Part shown: positions 37,081 through 47,466 of the stretch, piece after piece
How the letters are laid out: every line of letters begins with the position of its first letter
Position numbering within the stretch: position 1 is the stretch's first letter
Source of the DNA: Gammaproteobacteria bacterium
GTDB taxonomy: Bacteria > Pseudomonadota > Gammaproteobacteria > JAJDYQ01
DNA: 64,000 nucleotides
Assembly (NCBI GenBank): GCA_028289815.1
Contig: JAPYNQ010000037.1
Span: forward strand, 3,953 to 67,952
Reading direction: 5' to 3'
The notes under the pieces: generated by a model
What the model saw: only the letters and a program-made list of their open reading frames with translations
Told to the model about the DNA's origin: nothing
Database searches by the model: none
Program-made: the position numbers and the translations under genes

Positions 37081-37927
37081 ATACAAAAGATTTGATGAAA
37101 AAGTCTGGGCGAGCTTCGGTAAGAAGCTGTTGCCTAAAGATAAAGGTTCCGAGAGATGTCTGGAAGAACAAAGAAAATTCCTTGCTGCTTGTCAATCGGG
37201 AAAAGATGATTTTCTAAAGTATCTTGAGCACAAGGGCCTTCTGGATAATGCTGTCGGTGATGACACGGTACATTTTACTTACCAATTTACCGAGAAAGAA
37301 TTCATTTATCCACCTGATGATACTCAGAAAAAAATCTGGGAGGCTTTTGAGATATTACCTGACGAAATAACGTGCAAGTGTGGCTTCTGGGCTTATGTAA
37401 TCATCGAAATGGTTAAATCTGGTCAGATCCGGCCGTTTTTTTTGGCATCCGAATTAAACGGTGCTGATAACACAGGTAGTTATATGATTGACAATGCCCT
37501 AAAATCCAGCGATGCAAGCAAAATAGATAGTTGTGTTAGAAGGATTTTACGTTCTATGTGCAATCCGGAACCGAGAGGTAAAAGAATTGTATTTAATGAT
37601 TTTCATCTCGGAAAAGCCTACTGGCGATGGCAGTGGGCAGACAAAATGTCTAGTATTATGAAGCGCGATCTTATACTGAAAGTTCTAAATGAAAAATATT
37701 ATGCTGAGTTTTCTGCACGGATGCATACTGGGAAAACCTATATAGGTTCGGAAAATATATTCGGCGGATTATTGTTGTTTCTCGAGAAAAATAGAAAAAT
37801 TGGTTCTCCGAAGCTACAGCAAATCATTGAACGAATTAAATACCTGAGTGTATGGAAAGCGATTGAAGCGCAAACCCCAAAATTAAATCAAAAAGAAATA
37901 CAAGAAATAGCAGACTCACTCGGATAG
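37070..37927 (+). CDS. Hypothetical protein (cassette gene D, no recognised motif)
   Basis: About 286-aa ORF. The ATGATG start overlaps the end of gene C (ATGATGAGTGA). Last gene of the cassette. Confidence 0.5.
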   Translation: MMSEYKRFDEKVWASFGKKLLPKDKGSERCLEEQRKFLAACQSGKDDFLKYLEHKGLLDNAVGDDTVHFTYQFTEKEFIYPPDDTQKKIWEAFEILPDEITCKCGFWAYVIIEMVKSGQIRPFFLASELNGADNTGSYMIDNALKSSDASKIDSCVRRILRSMCNPEPRGKRIVFNDFHLGKAYWRWQWADKMSSIMKRDLILKVLNEKYYAEFSARMHTGKTYIGSENIFGGLLLFLEKNRKIGSPKLQQIIERIKYLSVWKAIEAQTPKLNQKEIQEIADSLG

Positions 37928-38043
37928 TATCCAAGTCAGCCATATTCCACATCAATCCGGGTAGTAAATAGTTTCTTCCAAGAAAGGAATGTTGGGGGCT
38001 GTTTAATCAACAAGACGAGCAGGTGGGGTGTCTTGCCAGAAAA

Positions 38044-38296
38044 TTCACCCCCTTCCCTCCGGATGGAATGCGTTCTCTGCCGGCACGTTTGTATCGCCAT
38101 TAGGCCCGGCCGTTTTTCGCACCTCATAGATAAAGCTCAATACATTTGGCAGAAACAGCGCGACCAAAAAAGCTGTGATATTGGCGTGGTCGTAATTCGG
38201 TGTCACTTCGACAAATTCAATACTGACGATATTGCCTGTTCTCGCCGGTTCCTGAAACAGTTCCGGCTCTTCATAATGGAGAAGGCTGTCGGTTAA
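38044..38296 (-). pseudogene. speB: 3' remnant of an agmatinase/arginase-family (ureohydrolase) gene, missing the first ~220 codons
   Basis: The minus-strand frame reads ...ARTGNIVSIEFVEVTPNYDHANITAFLVALFLPNVLSFIYE...*, which aligns with the SpeB C-terminus ([32 protein letters not shown]). There is no start codon. An in-frame stop sits immediately upstream, about 30 nt from the ftsX stop. Confidence 0.5.
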
Positions 38297-38324
38297 TTAT
38301 ACGTCCATGCTCGCCGCCGGGCTG

Positions 38325-39287
38325 CTATTCAGGTTCTATCTTGTACAGATGCTGACTAACGGCGCTCCATGCGCCGAGATAGCCGAGCAGGGTGCCGAAC
38401 AATGTCAGAGTTACAATGAAGGATATGTCCGGATAGATGGGCTGGAAGCTGCTGTTGTAAAGTTCTATCAGCCTTACGACCGGCGCATCTAATGCCCACA
38501 GTGCGGTATAAATCAGGATACAGGCCAGCAGGCCGCCCAGAAGGCCGAACCATATACCATCGTAGAGAAAGGGACGGCGGATGAATGCATGGGTGGCGCC
38601 AAACAGGCGTGTGACGACTATTTCGTCTCGACGATTTTCAATTTCGAGGCGAATGGTATTGCCTACAACCAGAATAACAGCAATGGCCAACAGGCCGACC
38701 ACAACCAGCAGGCTGCGTTGAATTATTCCCAAAATACCGTTCAGGCGTTTAATCCACTCAAGATCAAGTTGTGCCAGCTCTACCTGTGGTATCGCCGCCA
38801 GCTCTTCGATCAAGCGGGTCAATGCCTCAGCAGCTAAGTCGTTACGGGGATAAATCAGTATTACCGGGGGTAATGGATTATGTGCCAGCTTATCCAATGC
38901 TTCGTCGAAGTCCGTCATCTCTCTGAACTCATCCAGGGCTTGGTCTCGGCTCATAAACTGCACCCTCACTAGCCGTTTATCCTGTCGTAAATCCAGAGCG
39001 ATACTCTCTGCAGCCAAATCGCCTGAGTCTTCGTGCAGGTACAGGCTGATCTGTGTATCAGTTTGCCAATGGCCGCTCAGGGCAATCATATTCTGTGTCA
39101 GCATATACAGGCTACCGGGTAATGCCAGGGCCATGGCCAGTACTGCCATGGTCAGCAGGCTGGCGAGAGGGGTCTTAAGCAAGCGCGTCAGGCTCTCTTT
39201 GATACAGCTGATATGGTGGGATGTCCAGGAGCGTAGTCGTGCTACCCGGGATAGCCGGGAGGTGGCGGCCCCTGTCTGTCTAGCCAT
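38325..39287 (-). CDS. ftsX: Cell division ABC transporter permease FtsX
   Basis: 4-TM FtsX architecture following ftsE. The likely start is MARQTG, which removes the overlap with ftsE. Confidence 0.9.
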   Translation of the reverse strand: MARQTGAATSRLSRVARLRSWTSHHISCIKESLTRLLKTPLASLLTMAVLAMALALPGSLYMLTQNMIALSGHWQTDTQISLYLHEDSGDLAAESIALDLRQDKRLVRVQFMSRDQALDEFREMTDFDEALDKLAHNPLPPVILIYPRNDLAAEALTRLIEELAAIPQVELAQLDLEWIKRLNGILGIIQRSLLVVVGLLAIAVILVVGNTIRLEIENRRDEIVVTRLFGATHAFIRRPFLYDGIWFGLLGGLLACILIYTALWALDAPVVRLIELYNSSFQPIYPDISFIVTLTLFGTLLGYLGAWSAVSQHLYKIEPE

Positions 39288-39972
39288 GACCGGTCCCGGG
39301 GGCGGCATCCACTATACTGGTCTCAAGCAGTTTGCCCTGATGCAGTATGACTATACGGCGTCGCATCCTGCGTGCCAGCTGGATATCGTGGGTCGCAATA
39401 ATGGCGGTGACACCTACGGAATTAAATTCGCCCAGCAAATTCATGATTTCCTGTGACAGTTTCGGGTCCAGGTTGCCCGTGGGTTCGTCGGCCAACAAAA
39501 TGGGCGGGCGATTGACTACCGCTCTGGCAATGCCGACACGTTGTTGTTCACCGGTGGAAAGTGTTATCGGGTCATGGTTCTGCTTGTTGAGAAGCCCTAC
39601 CTTGTCGAGTGCCGCTTGGGCACGTTTACGGCATTCTCTATGGTCCATGCCTGATATTTCCAGCGGCAGCATGACGTTATTAATAACAGGCCGGTCAAAC
39701 AGCAGGTAGTGGTCCTGAAACACCATGCCGATATTTCGGCGCAGCAGCGGGATATAACGTTTTTTCATACGTACAATGTTGGCTCCGTCGAGGATGATGC
39801 TGCCCTGTGTCGGTCGCTCCAGGATGGGTATGAGTTTCAATAATGTACTTTTGCCGGCACCTGAATGCCCGGAAAGAAAGACAAGCTCTCCCCGTTTAAT
39901 GTTCAGGCTGACGTTGCGGAGCGCCTCGTGCCCATTGGTATAGCGTTTGCCGACATTAAGAAAGTGCAGCAT
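39280..39972 (-). CDS. ftsE: Cell division ABC transporter ATP-binding protein FtsE
   Basis: Walker A GHSGAGKST, signature LSTGEQQRV, Walker B ILLADEPTGNLD. Confidence 0.95.
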   Translation of the reverse strand: MLHFLNVGKRYTNGHEALRNVSLNIKRGELVFLSGHSGAGKSTLLKLIPILERPTQGSIILDGANIVRMKKRYIPLLRRNIGMVFQDHYLLFDRPVINNVMLPLEISGMDHRECRKRAQAALDKVGLLNKQNHDPITLSTGEQQRVGIARAVVNRPPILLADEPTGNLDPKLSQEIMNLLGEFNSVGVTAIIATHDIQLARRMRRRIVILHQGKLLETSIVDAAPGTGHG

Positions 39973-39983
39973 CGCTCCGTGGT

Positions 39984-40970
39984 TTATGCTTCGCCGGTTG
40001 CATCTTCAATGTCCAGCAGGGTGTCAGTAAATTCCGCTGCATTGAAATCACGCAGGTCCTCGGCCTGTTCGCCGATTCCAATGTAACGCACGGGAATGTC
40101 AAACTGGTGGGCGAGTGCGAAAAGTACGCCACCCTTTGCGGTACCGTCGAGTTTGGTCAGCGCCAGTCCGGTAATACCGATGGCATTGTGAAATTGCCGG
40201 ATTTGGGATATGGCATTCTGGCCAGTGCCGGCATCTACAATTAACAGGGTTTCATGGGGTGCACTCGTATCAATTTTTCCCAGCACACGTTTGATTTTTG
40301 CAAGCTCTTCCATCAGGTTTGACTGGTTGTGCAAGCGGCCTGCTGTATCGGCGATAAGGATGTCTACGTTGCGTGCGCGAGCGGCTTCGAAGGCGTCATA
40401 GATAACCGAGGCGGAATCTGCTCCGGTTGTCTGCGCTATGACGGGGATGCCATGACGCTCGCCCCAGGCTTGCAGTTGCTGCATGGCGGCTGCGCGAAAC
40501 GTGTCACCGGCGGCCAGCATTACTTTTTTACCTTGGGACTGAAAGCGGCGTGTGAGCTTGCCTATGGTCGTGGTTTTCCCTGCTCCGTTGACGCCGATGA
40601 CTAATATCACGGCAGGTGATGGCAGCATATCAATGTCAAGAGGCTTTTCATGTGCTTGCAGTCTGTCACTCAGGATTCGGTGCAATTCACTGATGAGATT
40701 TTCGGTGTTTTTGTTGCTTTCCCTGAGTTCATTGATGATTTCGCGGGTAGCCTCTATGCCAGCATCTGCCATTAATAATCTTATCTCCAGTTCTTCCAGA
40801 GCGATTTCCGGATTTCCGGAGTGCCTGAAGATCTCTGTAATATCAGCAAATAGTGCTTGGCGTGTTCGGCTGAGTCCTTTTTTAAGTCTTTCTCGGAAAG
40901 ATCTATCGGATGTGCCGGAGCTTGAATCACTGTAGCTATCTGTTTTACTTTTTTTGCCGAAACTGAACAT
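39984..40970 (-). CDS. ftsY: Signal recognition particle receptor FtsY
   Basis: SRP-GTPase NG domain: GVNGAGKTTTIGKL, DTAGR, TKLDGTAKGG. Confidence 0.9.
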   Translation of the reverse strand: MFSFGKKSKTDSYSDSSSGTSDRSFRERLKKGLSRTRQALFADITEIFRHSGNPEIALEELEIRLLMADAGIEATREIINELRESNKNTENLISELHRILSDRLQAHEKPLDIDMLPSPAVILVIGVNGAGKTTTIGKLTRRFQSQGKKVMLAAGDTFRAAAMQQLQAWGERHGIPVIAQTTGADSASVIYDAFEAARARNVDILIADTAGRLHNQSNLMEELAKIKRVLGKIDTSAPHETLLIVDAGTGQNAISQIRQFHNAIGITGLALTKLDGTAKGGVLFALAHQFDIPVRYIGIGEQAEDLRDFNAAEFTDTLLDIEDATGEA

Positions 40971-41066
40971 GATGCTGTAATTGGCACGGAGAAACTTTAG
41001 AGTGTATCAGTAGTCTGAATGGGGATGTATCCTACCATCACGCCGCACAGACACGGAAAAATATTT

Positions 41067-42446
41067 ATGAAGACTCATATAAAAATATCGCTCGGCTTTC
41101 TAGTGTTTCTGATTTTGTCGGGAGCGGTGCAGGCCAGAGTTTATGAGTACATGCTGGATAATGGTATGAAGGTGCTCGTTAAGCCGGACCATCGGTCACC
41201 GGTCGTGGTACAGCAGGTGTGGTATAAGGTGGGTTCAAGCTATGAGTATGGAGGGATTACCGGTATCTCGCATATGTTGGAGCATATGTTGTTCAAGGGC
41301 ACGGAAAAATATCCGGCAGGTGAGTTCTCCCGAATTATTGCGGCAAATGGCGGGCGTGAAAACGCCTTTACCGGTCCCGACTATACCGCCTATTTTCAGC
41401 GCCTGGAAAAATCTCGCCTTGAGATCGCTATGGAACTGGAGTCGGATCGCATGCGTAATGCCACGCTCCAGGTTGATGAGTTTCTGAAAGAACGTGATGT
41501 GGTCGCAGAGGAGCGCCGGCTTCGTACCGATGACAATCCCCAGTCGCTGGCCTATGAACAGCTTCGTGCGACAGCGTTTGTAAACAGTCCCTATAACCAT
41601 TCTGTCATAGGCTGGATGACGGACATACAAAACTACAGTATAGAAGATGTCCGCCGATGGTATGAAGACTGGTATGCGCCAAACAATGCCACTCTGGTTG
41701 TTGCCGGGGATGTTGAGCCTGAAGAAGTTCTGGCGCTGGCAAAGAAATACTATGGGTCGATCAAGTCACGGCAAATTGCAAAACAGAAGCCACGTACCGA
41801 AGTGGAGCAGCATGGAGAGCGTCGGGTGAATATCAAAGTTCCTGCGACCATTGAAAACATCATTCTAGGCTATAAGGTACCCACTATGAACACGGCTGAC
41901 AATCCGGATGACATCTATTCACTGGAGGTGCTGGCATGGATACTCGACGGAGGTGACAGTTCGCGTATAACCAGTGAGTTATTACGTGGTCGACAGCTAA
42001 TCGCCAGTGGTTTAGCGTCCTATGATCCCTATCCCCGATTACAGGCACTGTTCATCCTGTCAGCGATACCGACTGGAGGAGTAAGCGCGGAAGAAGTGGA
42101 GGCGGCTCTGCGTGAGCAGGTTAATCGGCTGCATAGTCAGCCGGTTTCTGAGGAAGAACTTAGTAGGGCCAAGACTCAGATACTGACAGAGCGTATCTAC
42201 CGGAAAGACTCGGTTTTCTATCAGGCCATGCAGCTTGGTATCTTGGAAACCGTTGGCGTCGGCTGGCAGACTGATGAGGTATTCGAAGAAAAGGTCAAAA
42301 GCGTGACGGCAGAACAGATTATGTATGTGGCAAAAGCATATCTGAATGAAGAGCGACTAACGGTAGCTTTACTTGAGCCTCGGCCCATACCAGACCCTGC
42401 CGGGCAAAAAATTTCTGCAATAATGCACATGCAGGCAGGTCAATAA
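41067..42446 (+). CDS. M16-family zinc peptidase (active subunit, HxxEH)
   Basis: Signal peptide, inverted zinc motif HMLEHMLFKGT. Start likely MKTHIKISL at 41067. Confidence 0.85.
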   Translation: MKTHIKISLGFLVFLILSGAVQARVYEYMLDNGMKVLVKPDHRSPVVVQQVWYKVGSSYEYGGITGISHMLEHMLFKGTEKYPAGEFSRIIAANGGRENAFTGPDYTAYFQRLEKSRLEIAMELESDRMRNATLQVDEFLKERDVVAEERRLRTDDNPQSLAYEQLRATAFVNSPYNHSVIGWMTDIQNYSIEDVRRWYEDWYAPNNATLVVAGDVEPEEVLALAKKYYGSIKSRQIAKQKPRTEVEQHGERRVNIKVPATIENIILGYKVPTMNTADNPDDIYSLEVLAWILDGGDSSRITSELLRGRQLIASGLASYDPYPRLQALFILSAIPTGGVSAEEVEAALREQVNRLHSQPVSEEELSRAKTQILTERIYRKDSVFYQAMQLGILETVGVGWQTDEVFEEKVKSVTAEQIMYVAKAYLNEERLTVALLEPRPIPDPAGQKISAIMHMQAGQ

Positions 42447-43823
42447 ATGAAAGTCATACTGCCTGCTGTCTGTTTACCATTTCTGCTGCTTGCGCCGTTG
42501 GTATATGCCATACCGACAATTCAGCACTGGCAAACAGCAAATGGTGCGCGTGTTTATTTTATCCCTGCCCCGGAAGTTCCAATTGTCGATATCAGGATCG
42601 TCTTTGACGCAGGCAGTGCACGGGATGGTGATAAATTTGGTCTGGCGTTCTTGACTAATGGATTGCTAAGCGAGGGAGCGGGTGATCTGGATGCCGACAT
42701 GATAGCCCGGCGGCTGGACAATATTGGTGCCCAACTGGGTAACGGATCTTTGCGTGATATGGCTTGGTTGGAGTTACGTGCCCTGTCGGAAGAGAAAACA
42801 CTTTGGGAGGCTATGGAGTTAATGTCCTTGGTTTTATCCGAGCCTGCTTTTCCTGAAGTTGCGTTTCGGCGTGATATGAAAAATATACTGGTCTCCCTGC
42901 AAGCAGATAGACAGAACCCCGATGCGCTGGCTGAAAAGGCTTTTATGAAGGCGGTGTACAACAATCATCCTTATGCGATGCCTTCGCAGGGGATGGAACA
43001 AAGCATTCAGTCCATGACACGCAAAGATGTACAGGCCTACTATGAAAAATTCTATGTGGCCCGCAATGCGACCATTGCGATAGTGGGTGATGTTTCACGG
43101 TCTGATGCCAAAGCATTGGCTGAATTATTAGCTGGTCGCATACAGGAAGGTAAGCCGGCTGCACGCCTGGAGGAAGTCAAGCCTTTACAAGAGGCAGTTA
43201 CCGTACATGTCGAACACCCTTCTTCGCAGACGCATATATGGATCGGTCAGCCTGGAATGAAACGGGGAGATGATGACTATCTGGCGCTTTATATCGGTAA
43301 TCATGCCTTCGGGGGAAGCGGCTTGGTTTCTTTGCTGAGTGGTGAAGTACGTGAAAAGCATGGTTATGCCTATAGTGCCTACAGCTACTTTGCTCCCATG
43401 CGGTCGCTCGGGCCCTTTACTATGGTAGCGCAAACAAAAAACGATAATGTTGTGGATGCCCTGAATGTCATGAACGATACCCTCAGGAAATTTATTGCAA
43501 TGGGTATTACCCCGGAACAGATCATGGCCTCCAAGCAAAATATTACCGGTGGTTTTGCGCTGCGTCTCGACAGCAACAGAAAGCTTGTGGAAAATCTGTC
43601 AGTCATCGGATTTTATGATCTCCCTCTTGACTATTTGCACACCTTCAGTGATCGGGTAAACATGGTAACACGGCAGCAAGTCAACAGTGCTCTTCTACAG
43701 CGACTCAATCCGGACCGCATGGTGCTGGTTCTTGTTGGTCCGAAAAATGTACGGTCCGGTAACAATAAGCCAGATGCCCATGAGTCGGTGGCAACGGGTA
43801 GTAGCGAGGCAGGCAGCCGTTGA
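42447..43823 (+). CDS. M16-family peptidase, non-catalytic-type partner subunit
   Basis: Signal peptide and M16 fold without an HxxEH motif. Paired with the upstream gene. Confidence 0.8.
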   Translation: MKVILPAVCLPFLLLAPLVYAIPTIQHWQTANGARVYFIPAPEVPIVDIRIVFDAGSARDGDKFGLAFLTNGLLSEGAGDLDADMIARRLDNIGAQLGNGSLRDMAWLELRALSEEKTLWEAMELMSLVLSEPAFPEVAFRRDMKNILVSLQADRQNPDALAEKAFMKAVYNNHPYAMPSQGMEQSIQSMTRKDVQAYYEKFYVARNATIAIVGDVSRSDAKALAELLAGRIQEGKPAARLEEVKPLQEAVTVHVEHPSSQTHIWIGQPGMKRGDDDYLALYIGNHAFGGSGLVSLLSGEVREKHGYAYSAYSYFAPMRSLGPFTMVAQTKNDNVVDALNVMNDTLRKFIAMGITPEQIMASKQNITGGFALRLDSNRKLVENLSVIGFYDLPLDYLHTFSDRVNMVTRQQVNSALLQRLNPDRMVLVLVGPKNVRSGNNKPDAHESVATGSSEAGSR

Positions 43824-43833
43824 CATTTTGGTT

Positions 43834-44382
43834 ATGACACGGTACCTGCGCATCATTGGTGGTAAGTATCGTGGTCGTCAACTGAATTTTGCGAATATAC
43901 CGGAAATACGACCAACGCCTGATCGAGTGCGGGAAACATTATTCAATTGGTTACAACACGTCATCTCTGGCGCACATTGCCTGGATTTATTTGCCGGCAG
44001 TGGTATTCTGGGAATTGAATCGGCATCACGCGGCGCAGCCCGGGTTGATCTGGTCGAATCAAACCTGCAAGCGGCTATGCAGATCCACTGTTGTGTCGAA
44101 GATACTGAGCTGGATGGCGTGCAGGTTCATAATCTCTCCGCTGGATGCTTTCTTGACAAAGTGCAGAGGAAATATAATGTTATTTTTCTCGATCCGCCCT
44201 ATGGTAAGGGGCTGCTGGAAAGTTCCTGCCGGATACTCGAAAAAAACGCATTGCTTGCCGACAATGCCCATATTTATCTGGAAAGTGAACAGCAGCTGAC
44301 GGATAAGGACATCCCGCACAACTGGAGGCTTGTCCGCGCAAAAAAGGCTGGACAGGTATTTTATCATCTCGCTCTCCGATAG
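43834..44382 (+). CDS. rsmD: 16S rRNA (guanine966-N2)-methyltransferase RsmD
   Basis: MTRYLRIIGGKYRGRQLNF and LDLFAGSGILGIESASRGA... LDPPYGKG motifs. Internal start chosen. Confidence 0.8.
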   Translation: MTRYLRIIGGKYRGRQLNFANIPEIRPTPDRVRETLFNWLQHVISGAHCLDLFAGSGILGIESASRGAARVDLVESNLQAAMQIHCCVEDTELDGVQVHNLSAGCFLDKVQRKYNVIFLDPPYGKGLLESSCRILEKNALLADNAHIYLESEQQLTDKDIPHNWRLVRAKKAGQVFYHLALR

Positions 44383-45130
<748 letters not shown>

Positions 45131-45170
45131 GAGAACCTCGAAAAGACATAGCGAATGTTGTCGAGACAAG

Positions 45171-46892
45171 ATGTCAAACGCAAAGCATCCAGAGCGCAAC
45201 GGGTTGGTGTGTGTGTTCCTATTGATACGCCATCTCGTTTATCTGTTAATCCTGTTTTTGTTTTCAGGTACATCATTTGCTGAGCTGGCCGGTTACCGGA
45301 ATGCGATTGCCAGCGCACATGCCAGTGCCTCTGAAGCCGGTATGCAGATACTACGAGACGGAGGTAATGCCTTTGATGCAGCTGTTACCGTGGCGGCGGT
45401 TTTAGCTGTGGTTGAGCCTTATAGTTCTGGAATTGGTGGCGGTGGCTTCTGGTTATTACAGCGCGCTAGTGATGGCAGTCAGGTTATGATTGATGGTCGG
45501 GAGCGCGCACCGCTGGCCGCACATCGTGATATGTATCTTGACACCAAAGGGCGGGTAATCCAGGGTGCTTCAATCAATGGGGCGCTTGCCGCCGGGATTC
45601 CTGGCCAGATAGCCGCACTCGTGCATATTCAAAAGAAATATGGTTCATTACCTCTGCCTCGATTGTTACAGCCCGCGATATTGCTTGCCCGCAATGGTTT
45701 TGTCATTGACGCAATCTATCAGCGCCTTGCCCGATTCAGACAAGATGCCATACTGCAATCAACAGAAGCTCGCCGTATATTTCTGGTTGATGGTCATATC
45801 CCGGCTACGGGCCATCTGTTGAAGCAGCCTGAGTTGGCGAACACCTTGGAACTTGTTGCCGAGCAGGGCAGGGACGGTTTCTATGCAGGAGAACTGGCGA
45901 AAAAGCTGGTGGCAAGTGTCAGGAGTGCCGGAGGTATATGGACTGACAGAGATCTGCGGGAGTATCAGATAGTCGAACGCGAACCTGTTCAATGGCAATG
46001 GCGGGGGCTGCATATTACCTCGGCTACGCTGCCTTCATCAGGTGGTATTGTGCTGGCGCAAATTATGAACATACTGGATGAGTTTGAGGATGTATCGCTA
46101 ACCGATATACAAAAAATCCATGTATTAATAGAAGCCATGCGTCGTGCTTATCGGGATAGAGCGATTTATATGGGAGATATTGACCATGTTAAAGTTAAAG
46201 TAGCGAAACTTATGAGCCAGCATTATGCTGGAAAAAAATCTATGGATATTGACATGCAGAAAGCTACACCAAGCACATTTTTTGATGAGATAAACAGAAA
46301 TGTGCAAGAAAGCGACAATACCACACACTACTCAATTCTTGATCGTCAGGGCAATCGGGTATCGGCTACCCTGAGTATTAATTATCCATTTGGCTCCGGT
46401 TTTGTTCCAGAGGGTACCGGGGTATTGCTGAATGATGAGATGGATGATTTTTCACTACGTCCGGGTACGCCCAATGCTTATGGTTTAATCGGTGGTGAAG
46501 CCAATGCCATAGCACCTGCAAAGCGCATGTTGTCCAGCATGTCGCCGACCTTTGTCGAAGATAGTAACAAGCTGCTGATTATCGGTACACCGGGAGGTAG
46601 CCGGATTATCACCATGGTATTCCAGGGTATTTTGGCCATGTATCAGGGCATGGACGCAGATGAAATCGTTGCCAGGCGGCGCATTCACCACCAATATTTG
46701 CCAGATGTTATTCAATTTGAACCCGATGCACTGACAGCTCAACAACAGGTTCAGCTAAAAGCGCTGGGACATCAGCTTCAGCCTCTTGACAGGCCATTCG
46801 GTAATATGCAGTTGATACTGCACGACAAGGTCACCGGTCGGACAAGTGCCGCCAGCGACCCCAGGGGAATTGGCCTGAGTATTGTCGATTAG
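45171..46892 (+). CDS. ggt: Gamma-glutamyltranspeptidase
   Basis: Signal peptide. Autoprocessing and active-site region TTHYSILDRQGNRVSATLSIN, and GSGFVPEGTGVLLNDEMDDF. Confidence 0.9.
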   Translation: MSNAKHPERNGLVCVFLLIRHLVYLLILFLFSGTSFAELAGYRNAIASAHASASEAGMQILRDGGNAFDAAVTVAAVLAVVEPYSSGIGGGGFWLLQRASDGSQVMIDGRERAPLAAHRDMYLDTKGRVIQGASINGALAAGIPGQIAALVHIQKKYGSLPLPRLLQPAILLARNGFVIDAIYQRLARFRQDAILQSTEARRIFLVDGHIPATGHLLKQPELANTLELVAEQGRDGFYAGELAKKLVASVRSAGGIWTDRDLREYQIVEREPVQWQWRGLHITSATLPSSGGIVLAQIMNILDEFEDVSLTDIQKIHVLIEAMRRAYRDRAIYMGDIDHVKVKVAKLMSQHYAGKKSMDIDMQKATPSTFFDEINRNVQESDNTTHYSILDRQGNRVSATLSINYPFGSGFVPEGTGVLLNDEMDDFSLRPGTPNAYGLIGGEANAIAPAKRMLSSMSPTFVEDSNKLLIIGTPGGSRIITMVFQGILAMYQGMDADEIVARRRIHHQYLPDVIQFEPDALTAQQQVQLKALGHQLQPLDRPFGNMQLILHDKVTGRTSAASDPRGIGLSIVD

Positions 46893-47073
46893 TTCACAAA
46901 ATTGAAGATGTCTTCTGGAATCCGCTGACGAATGGTATTAAATTAGGTAGTATGCCCGCGTACATACTGCTCATTGATATCCTCAATCCATATCCGGCGA
47001 CTTTTTGCCGTCAACCTAACGGTGTTTATGCCATTGGAAATCTGATGGCTGCTTCAGTCTTACAGTCATAAAA

Positions 47074-47415
47074 ATGATGACATTTGAACTCTTTTTCAAA
47101 ATGTTAATTGGGCATGTCGTCTGTGATTTTGTGCTGCAAAACGATGCTATGGGGGCCGGAAAAAATCGTAGTAGTGTGCTTGCGGAACAGAGAGGTCCAC
47201 AATTTCCCAAGTGGTATTACTGGATGACCGCACATGCGCTGGTACATGGCGGGGCAGTTTATCTCATCACGGCAAACCCTTTTTTGGGGTTGATAGAAAC
47301 CGCACTGCACTGGATTATAGATTTTGGCAAATGCGAAGGCCGGCTCAGTGTTGCCCAGGATCAGTCCCTGCATATTCTGTGTAAGATCGGCTACTGCTGG
47401 TGGGTGATTTACTAG
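47074..47415 (+). CDS. Small membrane protein (DUF3307-like, hypothetical)
   Basis: 113-aa ORF with 3 hydrophobic segments and no further motif. Confidence 0.35.
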   Translation: MMTFELFFKMLIGHVVCDFVLQNDAMGAGKNRSSVLAEQRGPQFPKWYYWMTAHALVHGGAVYLITANPFLGLIETALHWIIDFGKCEGRLSVAQDQSLHILCKIGYCWWVIY

Positions 47416-47466
47416 AGGTTCCTGTATATCCAAGTATTGACCCTGGCCTGTTAATACAACAGATCC

